Shown: one piece after another, positions 1 through 10,561 of the stretch
How positions within the stretch are numbered: position 1 is the stretch's first letter
Layout of the letters: every line of letters starts with the position of its first letter
Source of the DNA: Eledone cirrhosa
Taxonomy: Eukaryota
Length of the DNA: 64,000 bases
Reading direction: 5' to 3'
Assembly (NCBI GenBank): GCA_964016885.1
Contig: OZ024743.1
Coordinates: forward strand, 350,610,001 to 350,674,000
Position numbers and translations under genes: made by a program
Notes under the pieces: generated by a model
Told to the model about the DNA's origin: nothing
What the model saw: only the letters and a program-made list of their open reading frames with translations
The model's database searches: none

Positions 1-680
1 GAACATTTAGCGAAGTTGCGTTTGACGTCGTATTTGGGTTTGCTAAAGAATAATTTAGGAATATTATTATTAATAGAGATGGAGAAAGCAGCATTATACC
101 AGATTTTGTTTTTGTATCTAGGTCTTTTATTAAAGTTATTGGAATGATCATGATTAATTATTCTACTGTAAGATCTAGAATTTGTTTCTTTACTATATTT
201 GATTTTATCAGGATAACCGGCTTTAGAAAGCGCGTTATTATAGTAATTGGCGTTAGCATCAAAGATGTTTTTATTAGAAGATAGGTTAGATATTCTTTTT
301 CCAATATTACTAACTATAGCATTCTTAATATTAGTGGGGTGGTTAGATTTAAAATTAACATAATTTAGGTTCTCATTGTTTTTATGGTAAGGGTAATATA
401 GGCCAGTGTCAAGATTAAGAGATACATCCAAGAAATTAGCTAGTTTGATGCTGTTATCAAATTCAATTTTTAAGTTATGTTGGTTAAAGAGATTACGTAT
501 ATTGTTCTTAATAATATTAAGGTTAACTATGTTGCAATTTAAGATAGTAAAGAGTCATCGTCACGATAAATTCCACCGCGAAGTTGAGGAATTTTCCGAC
601 TCAAAGAGTTTAAAATAAAGATACCAATTAAATCTGTCAATTGGGATGAATCGGATGCTCCCATTGTGATGTCAAAGTTG
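1..680 (-). mobile_element. Penelope-like element reverse transcriptase fragment (Naiad/Chlamys-like), frameshifted
   Basis: Minus-strand translation NFDITMGASDSSQLTDLIGIFIL...GIYRDD, then after a frameshift NFLDVSLNLDTGLYYPYHK...YVNFKSNHP...RISNLSS...YYNNALSKAGY...IWYN. These are PLE RT and thumb motifs; the clade call is from memory. Confidence 0.75.
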
Positions 681-740
681 TATGTATGTATGTATGTATG
701 TATGTATGTATGTATGTATGTATGTATGTATGTATGTATG
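681..740. repeat. (TATG)n microsatellite
   Basis: About 15 TATG units at the PLE/RTE junction. Confidence 0.95.
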
Positions 741-1575
741 TGCTTAAGCAACGACTCCGTTGGAGCGGTCACCTGGCCAGGATGAAGGATTCTAGAATAC
801 CAAAACACTTTTATGGAGAGTTAGTTAAAGGAAAACGACCGCCACATAAACCAAAAAAGAGGTATAAGGATTCCTTGAAAGCCTCTTTAAAAGACGCTAA
901 CATCTCTGTTGATACATGGGAAAATGTTGCTGCTGATCGTAATAAATGGAGAAAGACTGTATATGAGGGAAAAGTTGCCTTTGAGGCATCTCGAATCGCA
1001 TACGAGAAAGTAAAGCGGGATATGAGGAAGGGCATTGCTGTTGCACTTCCAGACGGCGAGGGTCCTCCTATAGTACTGACATGCAGCGTCTGTGCGAGAC
1101 TCTGCCTAAGCAAAGCTGGACTCGAAAGTCATCTTCGCAGTCATAAAGTAAGACCAGTGGTTGACTACCAGGCTACTGTTGGAGATGCTACTCATCATGC
1201 TTGCCAAGCATGTGGTAGAGAATGTAAATCAGTAGGAGGGCTCAAATGACATGCAAAAGTACACGAACTCCAACCCCAGCCGGCTATTCCCAGTGAATGT
1301 TTTGGTTGCCGACTCTGTGCAAGACATTTTAGATCATTGGCTGGGCTAAAAAGCCACATTCGATCGCAGCGCTGTTAATTGCTAGCGCGTGTGTGTGTAT
1401 ATAGATATGTTTGTGTGTGCGTGTGTGTGTATATATATATATATATATGTATATTATTATTGTTGTTGTTGTCCTTATTATTATTGTTGTTGTTATTATT
1501 ATTATTATTGTTATTAATTTTTTTTTTTTCCTCGTGCAATGGCCATACTCGATAACGAGGGGGCAGCCATCATCA
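741..1575 (+). mobile_element. RTE-clade LINE 3' fragment (family B) with C-terminal C2H2 fingers
   Basis: RLRWSGHLARMKDSRIPK..YGEL..GKRPPHKPKKRYKDSLK..WENVAADRNKWR, then CSVC..HLRSH, CQAC..H and CRLC..H. The 3' end GGCCATACTCGATAACGAGGGGCAGCCATCATC recurs at 43621-43661 (-) and, diverged, near 59910-59941. Confidence 0.85.
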
Positions 1576-1954
1576 TATATATATATATATATATTCCCCT
1601 TCTCTGTATATATATATATACAGAGAAGGGGAGAGGGAGAGGTTCGATTTTGTAAGCATTTGAAAGCATTAGATACTTCACTGTCTTATAATTTAAAACG
1701 ATGTTTTAGTTTCAATTACATTATGGATGAAAATTCCATTACAGATATAAACGAATATTTAAATACAAAAAAAAAGTGTGTGGCTTTAAAAAAAATCCAT
1801 GCTTTATTTAAACATATTCAAGAAAGTGAGCCAAGTTTTACATGATCCTTTATTGCTACCTTCCTTTTTAATTGCGCCACTTTTCTCGAACTTTACTCTA
1901 AAATGATTTACTTCAAGCGGAACATTACTTTACGTAACACCGTGTACAGACACA

Positions 1955-2315
1955 TGGCGTTGGATTGGCAGTATCGGTAGAGCGTCGGACAACATGCATC
2001 GTGGCATTAAGTTACGGTCCTTTACGTTCTGAGTTCAAATCCCGCCGAATGTAATTTTGACTTTCATCCTTACGGGGTCGATAAAATAAAGCACCAGTAA
2101 TACACTGGGGTAATTGCTGGCCTTGTGCCCAAAGTAAAAACAATTATTGTTCAGACACAATACTTTGCAACATAGAGTTATGGCCCTTTGCGTTCTCAGT
2201 TCAAGTCCCGCCCAGGTTGGGTTTACCTTTCATCCTTACGGGGTCGATAAAGTAATGCACCAGTAATGCACTGGGGTAATTGCTAGCCTTATGCCAAAAG
2301 TAGAAACAATTATTG
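1955..2315 (+). mobile_element. Two tandem tRNA-derived SINE copies (second is 5'-truncated)
   Basis: A-box-like TGGCAGTATCGG (1966-1977), B-box-like GAGTTCAAATCC (2031-2042), core CTTTCATCCTTACGGGGTCGATAAA and (ATT)n tail. Confidence 0.85.
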
Positions 2316-2510
2316 TTATATCAATTAAATATATTGTTGTTGTTGCAATTGTTTTTATTCTTTAACTGTGGCGTTCCTGTCATGAGCATCCCACCTTATA
2401 TTCTAACAAGTTACGCGACTCCGTAGAGGATCCCTTATTTGATGCAACAACATTCAATTGCTTTTTGTCACGTTAGTCTTTTAAAGAATAACAGTAACGT
2501 CTTCCTATAA

Positions 2511-3075
2511 AATAATTGTTTCTACTTTTGGCACAAGGCCAGCAATTACACAGTACGTTACTGGTACTTTATTTTATCGACTCCGTAAGGATGAAAGGCA
2601 AAGCTAACCTCGGTGGGATTTGAACTCAGACCGTAAAGGGACGTAACTATGCTGGAAAGCCTGGCGTCCGACCCTCTACCGATACTGCCAATTCAATAAT
2701 TGTTTCTACTATTAGCACAAGGCCAGCAATTAAACCAGTGCATTACTGGTACTTTATTTTATCGACCCCGTAAGGATGAAAGGCAAAGTTAACCTCGGCG
2801 AGATTTGAACTCAGACCATAAAGGGGCGTAACTCTATGCTGGAAAGCATGGTGTCCGACCCTCTACCGATACGGCCAATTATAAAATAATTGTTTCTAGT
2901 TTTTGACACAAGGCCAGCAAATACTCAGTGCATTACTGGTACTTTATTTTATCGACCCCGTAAGGATGAAAGGCAAAGTCAACCTCGGCGGGATTTGAAC
3001 TCAGATCGTAAAGGGACGTAACTATGCTGGAAAGCATGGCGTCCGACCCTCTACCGATACTGCCAATCCACCTAC
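2511..3075 (-). mobile_element. Three tandem copies of the same SINE in reverse orientation
   Basis: Three roughly 185-bp units starting near 2511, 2695 and 2885, each the reverse complement of the 1955 copy. Confidence 0.9.
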
Positions 3076-3382
3076 CCAGGTGCGTATTTATTATTTCAAG
3101 GGAACATTATTTTATAAAACACCGTTTATAACATAAGGTTCCGTTATTAGATTAATGAAAATATAATTTATAAAAACGTAATCACTGGGGGAGATTAATG
3201 AAATAATAGTTGAGGTAGTTAACAAATCTAACACAGAGAGCATAAAAATAAATAATTGTTTCTACTTTTGGCAAATGGAAAATAATTATTCTTTGGTACA
3301 TGTCTTTTTATTTCACGAGTGACGTTATGTTCTCAAACACCGTCAGCAACATACGGGTTACGTTGCTAGATCAATAATAATC

Positions 3383-3512
3383 ATGGCTTCTATTCGAGTG
3401 TCGATATTCACAATTCTCTACATATTCTCCGTCGGTCTGGCACTGCTGGTAAATTGCAGACGACATGATGATGAAGAGGAAGAGAAGAAAAAAATGTCAT
3501 GTACATATTTTG
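3383..3512 (+). CDS. Exon 1 of folate-receptor-family protein (signal peptide and first Cys)
   Basis: ATG 3383; MASIRVSIFTILYIFSVGLALLVNC signal-like, then RRHDDEEEEKKKMSCTYF. Donor G|GTAAGA at 3512/3513 is phase 1 and joins AT of exon 2 to make Asp. Confidence 0.82.
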
Positions 3513-4157
3513 GTAAGAGAAGCCTGTCTCTTTCCTGCATGGATTTCTGTAGTCCTAGTGTTTGTTTGTGTCTGTTGTCAAAAATGTTACCGTCTGCTCC
3601 ACATAATATTGGTGTGATACAGCTGCTGCCGTTGTTGTTCTTACTGCTGGTACTGATGATGATGGTAATGATTGTGATGATGATCCTCTTGTTTGTGCTG
3701 CTGATAATGATACTACTGCTGTTTTGGTTACTGCTCCAGTTGTTTTCATTGTTAAGCCATCAAGTCAATCCTGATCGAGCTGGCGTATGATCGAAGACTT
3801 TCCAACCATAACAATCCTGCCTTTTATTCAGACATAGCGTAACCAAGGATGAAAAACACCCTTTTTCGAAGACTGTGTTATTTCAGTATAATTTGGCTGC
3901 TATTTCTAACAAATCGGGTGACCACATAGTGGCTGGCTAGCTGCTGCTGCTGTTCTTATACAAATCTTTGTATCCCATCGCAGCATCCTAGGTCATTGTT
4001 GTGTTCTAGATTTCAAATCAAAGAAAGCGAACGAAAAAAAGAAAGATAATGAGAGATCATTTATATATCAATTAAACACATCCTAAATTTATTCTTCATT
4101 CAATACGCGATATTTCAATTGTAAATTAATCTTATTTGAATATATACATACACACAC

Positions 4158-4210
<53 letters not shown>

Positions 4211-4232
4211 CATACATACATACATACATACA

Positions 4233-4321
4233 CAAGGTGTGGCCCCAAAAATGTATACACACTTCAACATCATTCTAACAAATTTGGCCAAAGTATGCAT
4301 ACATTTTTGGGGAACACCCTG
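4233..4321. mobile_element. Very short Tc1/mariner-like MITE
   Basis: Roughly 30-bp imperfect TIRs CAAGGTGTGGCCCCAAAAATGTATACACACTT / AAGTATGCATACATTTTTGGGGAACACCCTG, set within TA-rich microsatellite. Confidence 0.65.
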
Positions 4322-5697
4322 TTTATATATATTTATGAGCTTGTACAAACGGACAGACAAACAAGAAAATCAAACTATATATGAGTAGTTTGATGCATAT
4401 TATACAATAAGCAGGAAGTTACATCAGTCACTCAAAGGTCTGGAGTTTCGTAATTAATATATTAAAACTGGTTTAATTAAAGCCTCATAATCCACGAAAT
4501 CCCTGGCCCTTGTGTCTGGTGTGTTTTCGTGGCTATAACAATATTTATATATATTTCAGGTGTTTTTTTTTGGGGGGTGGGAGTCTCGAATATTAAATAT
4601 GAATATGAAAGTGTTACTTATCCATAGCTGAATTTAGGTGAGCATTCTATCCGATATGTCAAGTACGGTGATTTGTATATGGTGCAGTGTTGTAATTTGA
4701 ATATGGACTAGCGTTCGATCCGTTCGGCAAAGAATTCCAATACTATACTAGATAAAAATACACACATACACTCGCTGTCATATATATATATATATGTTTG
4801 TAATTCTGTATGTATATATTGTAAAGAGTTAGTGCCACTTAGGGCACTGTATGTGCGTGTGAGATTGTGTGTAATCTATATTTTTCGAAATTAAATCCCC
4901 TTTTTTCTTCGAAAAATCGAAACTATACTCTGCTTGCATATATTGAGGGTTCATATAATTGTATTTTTGTGTATATACATGGGTGTGTGTGTGTTCCTAA
5001 ATATGTAGTCAAATACTCAATTGTTCAGGGCACAGGGTGGGTGACATTTCTTTATTCATATACTACTTGTACAAAATTAATTCTGTTTCGGTTCACTTTT
5101 TCATAGATAAGTGTATACGTATCAACAAACGGAAAATTAATAATGAGTGTTGCTATATTTTTATGAAGAAACGACAAAATAGTTCCTTACATTGCCATGG
5201 TAGGACGGATTCCCAATATATATATATTAGGTTATTAGCTATTCCAACAAGTAATCACGTTTGTTGCGTATTATATTAGTGTTTGTGCAGACCTGTCAAC
5301 TCTCCCCGTCCGACGTGGAGATCTCCCACCCACTTTAGAGTGGGTGAGAGATGTCTTCTCTTATGAAAATGGGTATAGCTTTCATTATGTAAAATCTCCC
5401 CATTTTGCCTCATTTCTCCCCGTTTTGGGGCTTTTTTTTTTTTTGCTTTTTTCATAGTTTGGGGTTTTAGAGGTTGGCATGTCTGGTTTGTGTACATGTA
5501 TTTGTCAGGTGGAGGCTAATCATTTAAATATTGTCTAGGCCAATACTGGTCGAAACCTATCAAACTTATGTGTGATTAAAGAACTCGCTTCGCATCTACG
5601 TGGTTCCAGGTTCAATCACCCTGTGCCACACCTTGTATTCACCATTTCTCCTGAGTGGGATTTGGTACACAGAAACTATGTGTGTGTGTGTGCGCGG

Positions 5698-5732
<35 letters not shown>

Positions 5733-6150
5733 GCTATTTCAGGTTACATAGCTGTTAAAGAAGAGATCGATAAAATAAGCACAAATTTGAAAATATAGCT
5801 ACTGGGGTCGATATGATCTACTTAAACAAGGTGAATTCTAGCATGACTGAAAGAATTAAAAGAATAATATTGATAGATATGTATGTATTTGGTGTCTCCT
5901 AGAGGAAATTTGCATGATGGACACAAGATTTTTATCACCCAACTACCCCATCCGATGTGGGGAGAGAAGTTGGTGCTCCTTTCAAAATGCAAGGGGCCTA
6001 AAAGAGCATCTTTAAGAGTGTTTGTTTTTAAATGGATAATGTCAAACAAATACCACTTTTAAAAACCATAAATAAATATCGTTTAAGTACATTATTTTTT
6101 TTTTTTTTTTCTCAAGTAATGTTTGTCATCTTTAGTCATATCATCTAAAC

Positions 6151-8699
6151 CACAGGTTCTCAACCCATTTAGGCCAAACGCCCCCTTTTGTCCCTTGAAA
6201 TCACGAAACGCCCCCCCCCCCCCTCCTCTATTTTTCCATTTTTAAATATACTACTGATTTTGATATCAGTAGATTAATAAAAAATTGATTAATAATATTC
6301 AGGCAGCTGAGAGTATAAATACATTCCTTAAAAGGAAATAAATAAATTTCAAAAGAAGGAACATAAATGTTCTTTTTTATGAATAAGGACCAGTTGAATT
6401 TGTTATATTCCCACCAAGTGATACCAGCTATTTTGAACATTTATACAAGAGCAACTCTGTCTATCCCAAGAGTGCTCTTATCTGGAAGAAAGTGGCAATT
6501 ATATAATTTCAAAGCTTTCCAATTTTCCCTTTAATGAAACGGACAGAATAAATGTTGATATCAAACTTGATGTCCCCCTGCTTTGTGAGCTTAGAGACCA
6601 CGGAAGAGGGTTTTCATGACCATGCGGGAGGGTATATTTATTAATAAATGGTAAAATATATACAACAAATGAGTAATTGAATTGTAGTAGATGGTTTCCA
6701 GTCCAGTCAGACTGCAACTACAAATAAAAATTGTTAGTTTGCTTTGTAACAATAGCATATCCAAGTTTTCGTATAAATCAACTTCCTTTAACTTTGACTC
6801 ATTTCAATTGGACCCTTGAGCTTCATGGAGTCTAGCTAACTCTTTGACGTGAGGCTGAATTTTCCTAATATGTAGCCAGAGATCTCCACGTGTAATTACA
6901 TTGTAGCGGTTGCGAGCCTTACTGTGTAGTCTGGAAACAACACCAAACCTCCTCTTGGCTAAGTATGAGCTTGGAAAAGGCTCTTAGCCTCTGCATGTAG
7001 GTGTGGAAATCAATGATGAATTTCCTCTTGCATCCCAAAAAGGAGTTCACCTATTTTGGGAAATCTAATTTTGATCATGTCATCTGCTTGAAGTTCAATG
7101 AATTCTTCCTGAAATTTAACGTCCAAATCGTCGACGTTAGCTATGAAAGCATCTGCTATCCACATTGGGATGTCCATCGGCAAAAGGTTGACAAACCATT
7201 CTCTCATGTTGTCTTGTCGTGCACGGAGGTGAGTGGTATAAATTTGGAGTTGGTCATCGCTTACAATGTTTTGAACATTGGCGACACAAGGAAAATTATA
7301 GAATTCCCGTCAACAAAGATTCCTTTCGATGACATTCAATTTGGCCAGGAATGTTTTCACAGCATTCCTTGCTTTAAGCAAGGTGATCTTCTCCCCCTGC
7401 AAAGCCAAAATGATGCTATTGCATTTGTCGAAGATGTTGGTGAGGTAGGCGCAGTCGAGGGTTTTCTTGTACGGTTCTGTGTTGCGTCCTCACAGAAACT
7501 CAATGATAGTCAAACAGTTCAAAGAAGTGAGTAAGGCACTTGCCCATTGAAAGCCACCTCACTTCAGTATGAAGGAGCAACTTGATAAATTCTTCGCCTT
7601 TATCTTGGCACAGTTGCTGGAAAATTCGTTCATTGAGGGAATGGTGTTTGATAAAATTGATGACATCAATGGCCACCTGCAAGGACTTGCTCAGAGGCTT
7701 GCTGAATTTCTTCGCAGCCAAGTGTTGTCGATGAATGACACAATGAACAGCAAATACAGATAGATTTTTCTCTCTTCAGAAGAGTGACGAAGCCCTTATG
7801 TAGGCCGACCATTGCTCCTGCGTCGTCCGTAGCACATGAAACAATGTGTGTTGTATGTGGTCCTAGATGTATGTATTACCTGCCTATGTGTTGTATGTAG
7901 TCCTAGATGTATGTATTACCTGCTTATGTATTGCATGTGGTCCCAGCTGTATGTATTACCTGCTTGTGTGTTGTATGTGGTCCTAGATGTGTGTATTACC
8001 TCCTTATGTGGTCCTAGATGTATGTATTACCTGATTGTGTTGTATGTGGTCCTAGATGTTTGTATTACCTGATTATGTGTTATGTGGTCCTAGATGTTGG
8101 TATTACCTGCTTATGTGTTGTATGTGATCCTAGATGTATGTATTACCTGCTTATGTGTTGTATGTGGTATTAGATGCATGTATTACCTGCTTATGTGTTG
8201 TATGTGGTCCTAGTTGTGTGTGCTACCCGCTTCTGTGTTTTCTTTCTTTTTTTTATTTGTAATATTATTTATACAATAGGGAATAAAGTAGATCTACATA
8301 GTGTTAATTCGTTACGGTTGAGTCAATAATTTCAGACATGAAATGCATTGTTATCAGTGAAGGAAAGATAAGATTCTAACTGGCTGCACTGAAAGTGTCC
8401 TTTGAGCCAGATGACTGTGGGTTTTTTCATTTTTAGGATCTCAATTACCGGTTAATGTCTAGACACGCCTGCACACCTGCTCACAGCTGCAGCCAGACTA
8501 TAGTTATGAAGTCTGCAAGCTCATTCAAATGCATTCACACTGGCTGTCTCAAAGACATACAAATATGGCTTATAAAACTTACCAAAGTAAAGAGTCTTCC
8601 AGTGCCCCCTAGCCTCCTAGCCCCCCCAAGCTCCAAACACCCCCCAGGAGTTCCGAAATTCCCCCTGGGGGTGCATATGCCCCCCGTTGAGAACCTTTG
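6151..8699 (-). mobile_element. hAT (Buster/Charlie-type) DNA transposon with degenerate transposase
   Basis: TIRs CACAGGTTCTCAAC / GTTGAGAACCTTTG and a perfect 8-bp TSD ATCTAAAC (6143-6150, 8700-8707; nnnTAnnn). Transposase remnants CATDDAGAMVG, INFIK, LLLHTEVRWLS lie at about 6790-7836. Confidence 0.92.
7846..8240. repeat. 40-bp minisatellite inside the hAT element
   Basis: About 10 copies of TGTGTTGTATGTGGTCCTAGATGTATGTATTACCTGCTTA. Confidence 0.92.
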
Positions 8700-8753
8700 A
8701 TCTAAACCCATATATATATTCTTTCCTTTACCTTTGCTACAGAAATACTTAAC

Positions 8754-8794
<41 letters not shown>

Positions 8795-8795
<1 letters not shown>

Positions 8796-9830
8796 CATCA
8801 TCATCATCATCATCATCACCGTTTAACATCCATTTTCCATGCGTGCATAGGTTAGATGAGTTGTTCTGTTGTGAGAAATGCCAAATCAGGTGACCATGCC
8901 TTGCTCATATAGAACTGATTTTGGCTTGGTTTCTACAACTAGATGCCCTTCATAATGCCAACCACATTTACTGGGTGCTGGGTACTTTTTGTCGTGACAC
9001 CTACAGGACAGGGTGGGGTGAAGGTGACGTTGGTGCACATTGATGTTTGCTTATAAGGAGGCAAGTCTTCTGTATTACTCCATAACGCCAGAGATCTCGG
9101 TCCTTTTTGTGTTTACCACCATTACTCTATCTCACCCTCTGGTAAGGATAAAATCCATCTGACTATAGGTGATCAGGTGGTTGTCAGATGTTTTACGTTT
9201 GTGTTACATATTGTATTACAATTCTAGGAGCCTGAAACTTTCTTCATTTTTTGCACCAAACCCATGGCCACCATGGACTCTGTAGAAATGTTTCCCATAT
9301 GTCCATTAAAGTCTCTCGCAATGATTAGGAAGTCACTGTCATTCATTAGAGTAGTAGTGTGCATAAGGGATTCATAAAACCTATCTTTGAGTTTGTCTGA
9401 CAACCTAGATTGGGGTGTGTATGTAGATATATTTGCAGCCATCATTCTATTTAGGACTAGTCTGAGTTTTTAATGATTTTTGTGTTCATTCTATTTAGAG
9501 AGATTACCTTATCTACTCATTTATCAGCTATCTGATATCTAACCTCCCCCGGCCTATTGTCTTTTCCCAGGATTCTAGTTGACTCATCCCTCCATCTAGT
9601 CTCTTGTACACAACATACATCAATTTTTTTCCACTCTAGCATCTCTACAATCTCTCCTATTCTTCCTTTCATTGTGTTCACGTTGATGGCGCCAATTCAG
9701 AAGTTTGGGCCTTTGCCGTCAATGATAAAGGAGGAAGATGAGGGTGGATATTTGCGGAGGTGGGGTGGTTTGCTTTCTGTGTCTGAAATAAAGAAGGTCC
9801 ACATGGTCGCCGGGAAATGTGTAGATTCAT
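8795..9830 (-). mobile_element. RTE LINE (family A), internally deleted: 3' tail joined to endonuclease region
   Basis: (GAT)n tail at about 8795-8818. APE endonuclease motifs NVNTMKGRIGEIVEMLE..IDVCCVQETRW and YTPQ..RDFNGH. Confidence 0.8.
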
Positions 9831-10528
9831 ATATTTAGGTGCTCCATCGTTTGAGCCCATCCATAATAAACAAAAATCTCAAGGAAAAATAGAGAAAATA
9901 GTAGCAGTACCAGTTAGCAGTTATTGCTAGCAGATAGTGAATAAAGATATGTTTCTATTGCTGTAGTTTGATTGGTCTAAGAGGCTAAGGTGCTGTGCAG
10001 GAAATGGTGGGATAGGTGAGTGGATCCTACAGACTAGAGTCTCAGATAAATACATGAAATACACAAGATCAATATATGAAATGGGAAAAAGTCATTGATT
10101 AAAGAAGGAAAAGAAAGTTTGAAGGTTGTTAATTATGAACAGGCGTTGAAACAAATTTAGAGGAGATTTTTACATACAAATCAGGTCAGACTTCTGCCTG
10201 CTACTGGTACCATGTAACCTCATAAACCTGTTTCATGGATTTGGGAAAATTTAAAGATTTCTTAGGAACTTTCAATGTTTATTTTAGGTTTTGCCATCAG
10301 AAGAGCTCAGGCTATCATAAACGATAGTCCTCATCAAAATATGTATTACAGAGTTTTAAATAAACCTGAATCAACTGAATATAGCCTCCGATCTTTTATT
10401 AATATATAATGCTCCGACTTGCACCATTTACACAAGTCACTGAGCGCTTCTTTTTATCTGCTTCGCAACCGACCTACCATAATATAGTCTGCACATCTCT
10501 GTTCGGTTAACTCCATACTCTAATTATA

Positions 10529-10560
<32 letters not shown>

Positions 10561-10561
<1 letters not shown>

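Noticed and set aside
1966-2050. tRNA gene
   Set aside because: A/B-box-like motifs belong to a multicopy SINE head, and no cloverleaf can be drawn.
3513-3790. Read-through of exon 1 giving a 135-aa protein with a long hydrophobic stretch
   Set aside because: The hydrophobic part comes from GTT/GAT/CTG triplet repeats after a good GTAAGA donor, so it is intronic low-complexity sequence.
5527-5560. GGCCA-ATAC-TGGTC-GAAAC as a hammerhead
   Set aside because: The CUGANGA box is absent.
7001-7534. 177-aa + strand ORF
   Set aside because: Antisense shadow of the hAT transposase remnant.
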